Of a stretch of DNA of 64,000 nucleotides, positions 63,266-64,000 are shown piece after piece; position 1 is the first letter of the stretch, and each line of letters opens with the position of its first letter. The notes under the pieces are model-generated. The model had not been told where the DNA came from. It ran no database searches and was given only the letters and a program-made list of their open reading frames with translations. A program made the translations under genes and the position numbers. The DNA comes from Thermoplasmata archaeon (GTDB taxonomy: Archaea > Thermoplasmatota > Thermoplasmata > Lutacidiplasmatales > UBA184), in the NCBI GenBank assembly GCA_035623855.1, contig DASPSQ010000001.1, positions 46,092-110,091 on the forward strand, given 5' to 3'.

Positions 63266-63921
63266 AGGGGCCCCGGGAAGCTCAACGGCTCCCGCCGACG
63301 CATCGTCAACTCGAGACCCACACCCGCCGTGACTACCTCGCCGTCCCCGAAAGGGCTCGTCCGGGCGAATTCGCGAAACTCCTCCACGCTGTAGGCCCGG
63401 CGCCGCAACGATCGGAGAGCGCTGCGGGTCATCAATGCGCGGAACGCACCTAGGTGCATCGCGCGCACTTCGTCACGGATTGCGCCGTTGCTCGCGTCGC
63501 GTCGCATGTCCTCGATCCGCGCGAGCCCGTTCGGTCGCAGCACCCGGTACATCTCGTTCACGGACGCCTGGGGGCGGCTGAAATTCTTGAACGCGGCCTG
63601 GCAGACGACCAGATCGAACGAGCCGTCGTGGAATGGCATCCGCGACGCGTCGCCTTGCCGGACGGTCAGGGGTACACCGACAGTGCGGGCGTTTTCCGTC
63701 GTGATCTCCACGAACGTGCGACTGATGTCGAGGCCGGTGACGCGGAATCGGCCCAGCCGCGCGATCTCGATCGCGAAATAGCCGGGTCCGGGGGCGACCT
63801 CGAGGATCTCGGCTCCGTCCGGCAGCCCTTCCGTGACCGCGGCGGCCTGCTTTCTCCATGCGGCAATCTGACTCTCGGTCCCCCGCGTCCGGGCGTACCA
63901 TCGCGCGATGGAGCCCTCCAT
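63262..63921 (-). CDS. class I SAM-dependent methyltransferase
   Basis: Motif I ILEVAPGPGYF, plus VLRPNGLARIED. Confidence 0.65.
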   Translation of the reverse strand: MEGSIARWYARTRGTESQIAAWRKQAAAVTEGLPDGAEILEVAPGPGYFAIEIARLGRFRVTGLDISRTFVEITTENARTVGVPLTVRQGDASRMPFHDGSFDLVVCQAAFKNFSRPQASVNEMYRVLRPNGLARIEDMRRDASNGAIRDEVRAMHLGAFRALMTRSALRSLRRRAYSVEEFREFARTSPFGDGEVVTAGVGLELTMRRREPLSFPGPL

Positions 63922-64000
63922 GCCGATGCCCCGGTAGCCCTTCGTGGCCGGAACTTCGTTCGAGGGAGTCCGGAGGGGGGAGCGATCCCCGTTCCGGTCG

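Noticed and set aside
1-64000. Search for tRNA, rRNA, CRISPR arrays, transposases and integrases
   Set aside because: No T-loop-like GGTTCGAATCC-type cores were seen outside coding frames. No rRNA-like conserved blocks, no regularly spaced direct repeats and no DDE, tyrosine or serine recombinase motifs in any frame were found. Absence is by eye only.

Overview
GC-rich archaeal chromosome segment. No Bacteria-type genes were seen, and the gene content points to Thermoplasmata-like Euryarchaeota: a thermopsin (peptidase A5) family protein, the P0/P1/L1 ribosomal stalk operon, the L44e-S27e-aIF2alpha-Nop10 gene string, Trm56 and mevalonate kinase.

Positions 1-12,400 are a conserved translation and housekeeping core. 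purF is partial on the minus strand. It is followed by a methyltransferase, a thermopsin-like glycoprotein, rpl12-rpl10-rpl1, rpl44e-rps27e-aIF2a-nop10-hypothetical-trm56-mvk, a YchF-like GTPase and a PduO-type cobalamin adenosyltransferase.

The remaining ~50 kb is a densely packed accessory-type region dominated by small enzymes: five class I methyltransferases, five VOC/glyoxalase proteins, two DinB-like, two SRPBCC, two paralogous MDR oxidoreductases, AKR, SDR, NmrA-like, GNAT, macro domain, isochorismatase, and three ABC-2 exporter modules.

Four things stand out:
- An operon (30.3-34.3 kb) encodes a clear flotillin/SPFH homolog, an Arf/SRbeta/MglA-like small GTPase, an unknown 270-aa protein and a paralogous pseudo-GTPase with Walker-A Lys replaced by Leu. 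A 521-aa charged protein lies convergent to it.
- A class III adenylyl cyclase with a TPR tail is divergently paired with a standalone cNMP-binding protein (43.3-45.9 kb).
- A DUF1801 gene is interrupted by a single in-frame TAG (17.5-17.9 kb).
- Two tandem ParB/Srx-like paralogs sit at 39.6-40.7 kb.

Two real genes are absent from the ORF track: purF, which has no stop inside the window, and nop10, which is 56 aa. No rRNA, tRNA, CRISPR array, transposase or integrase was recognised.
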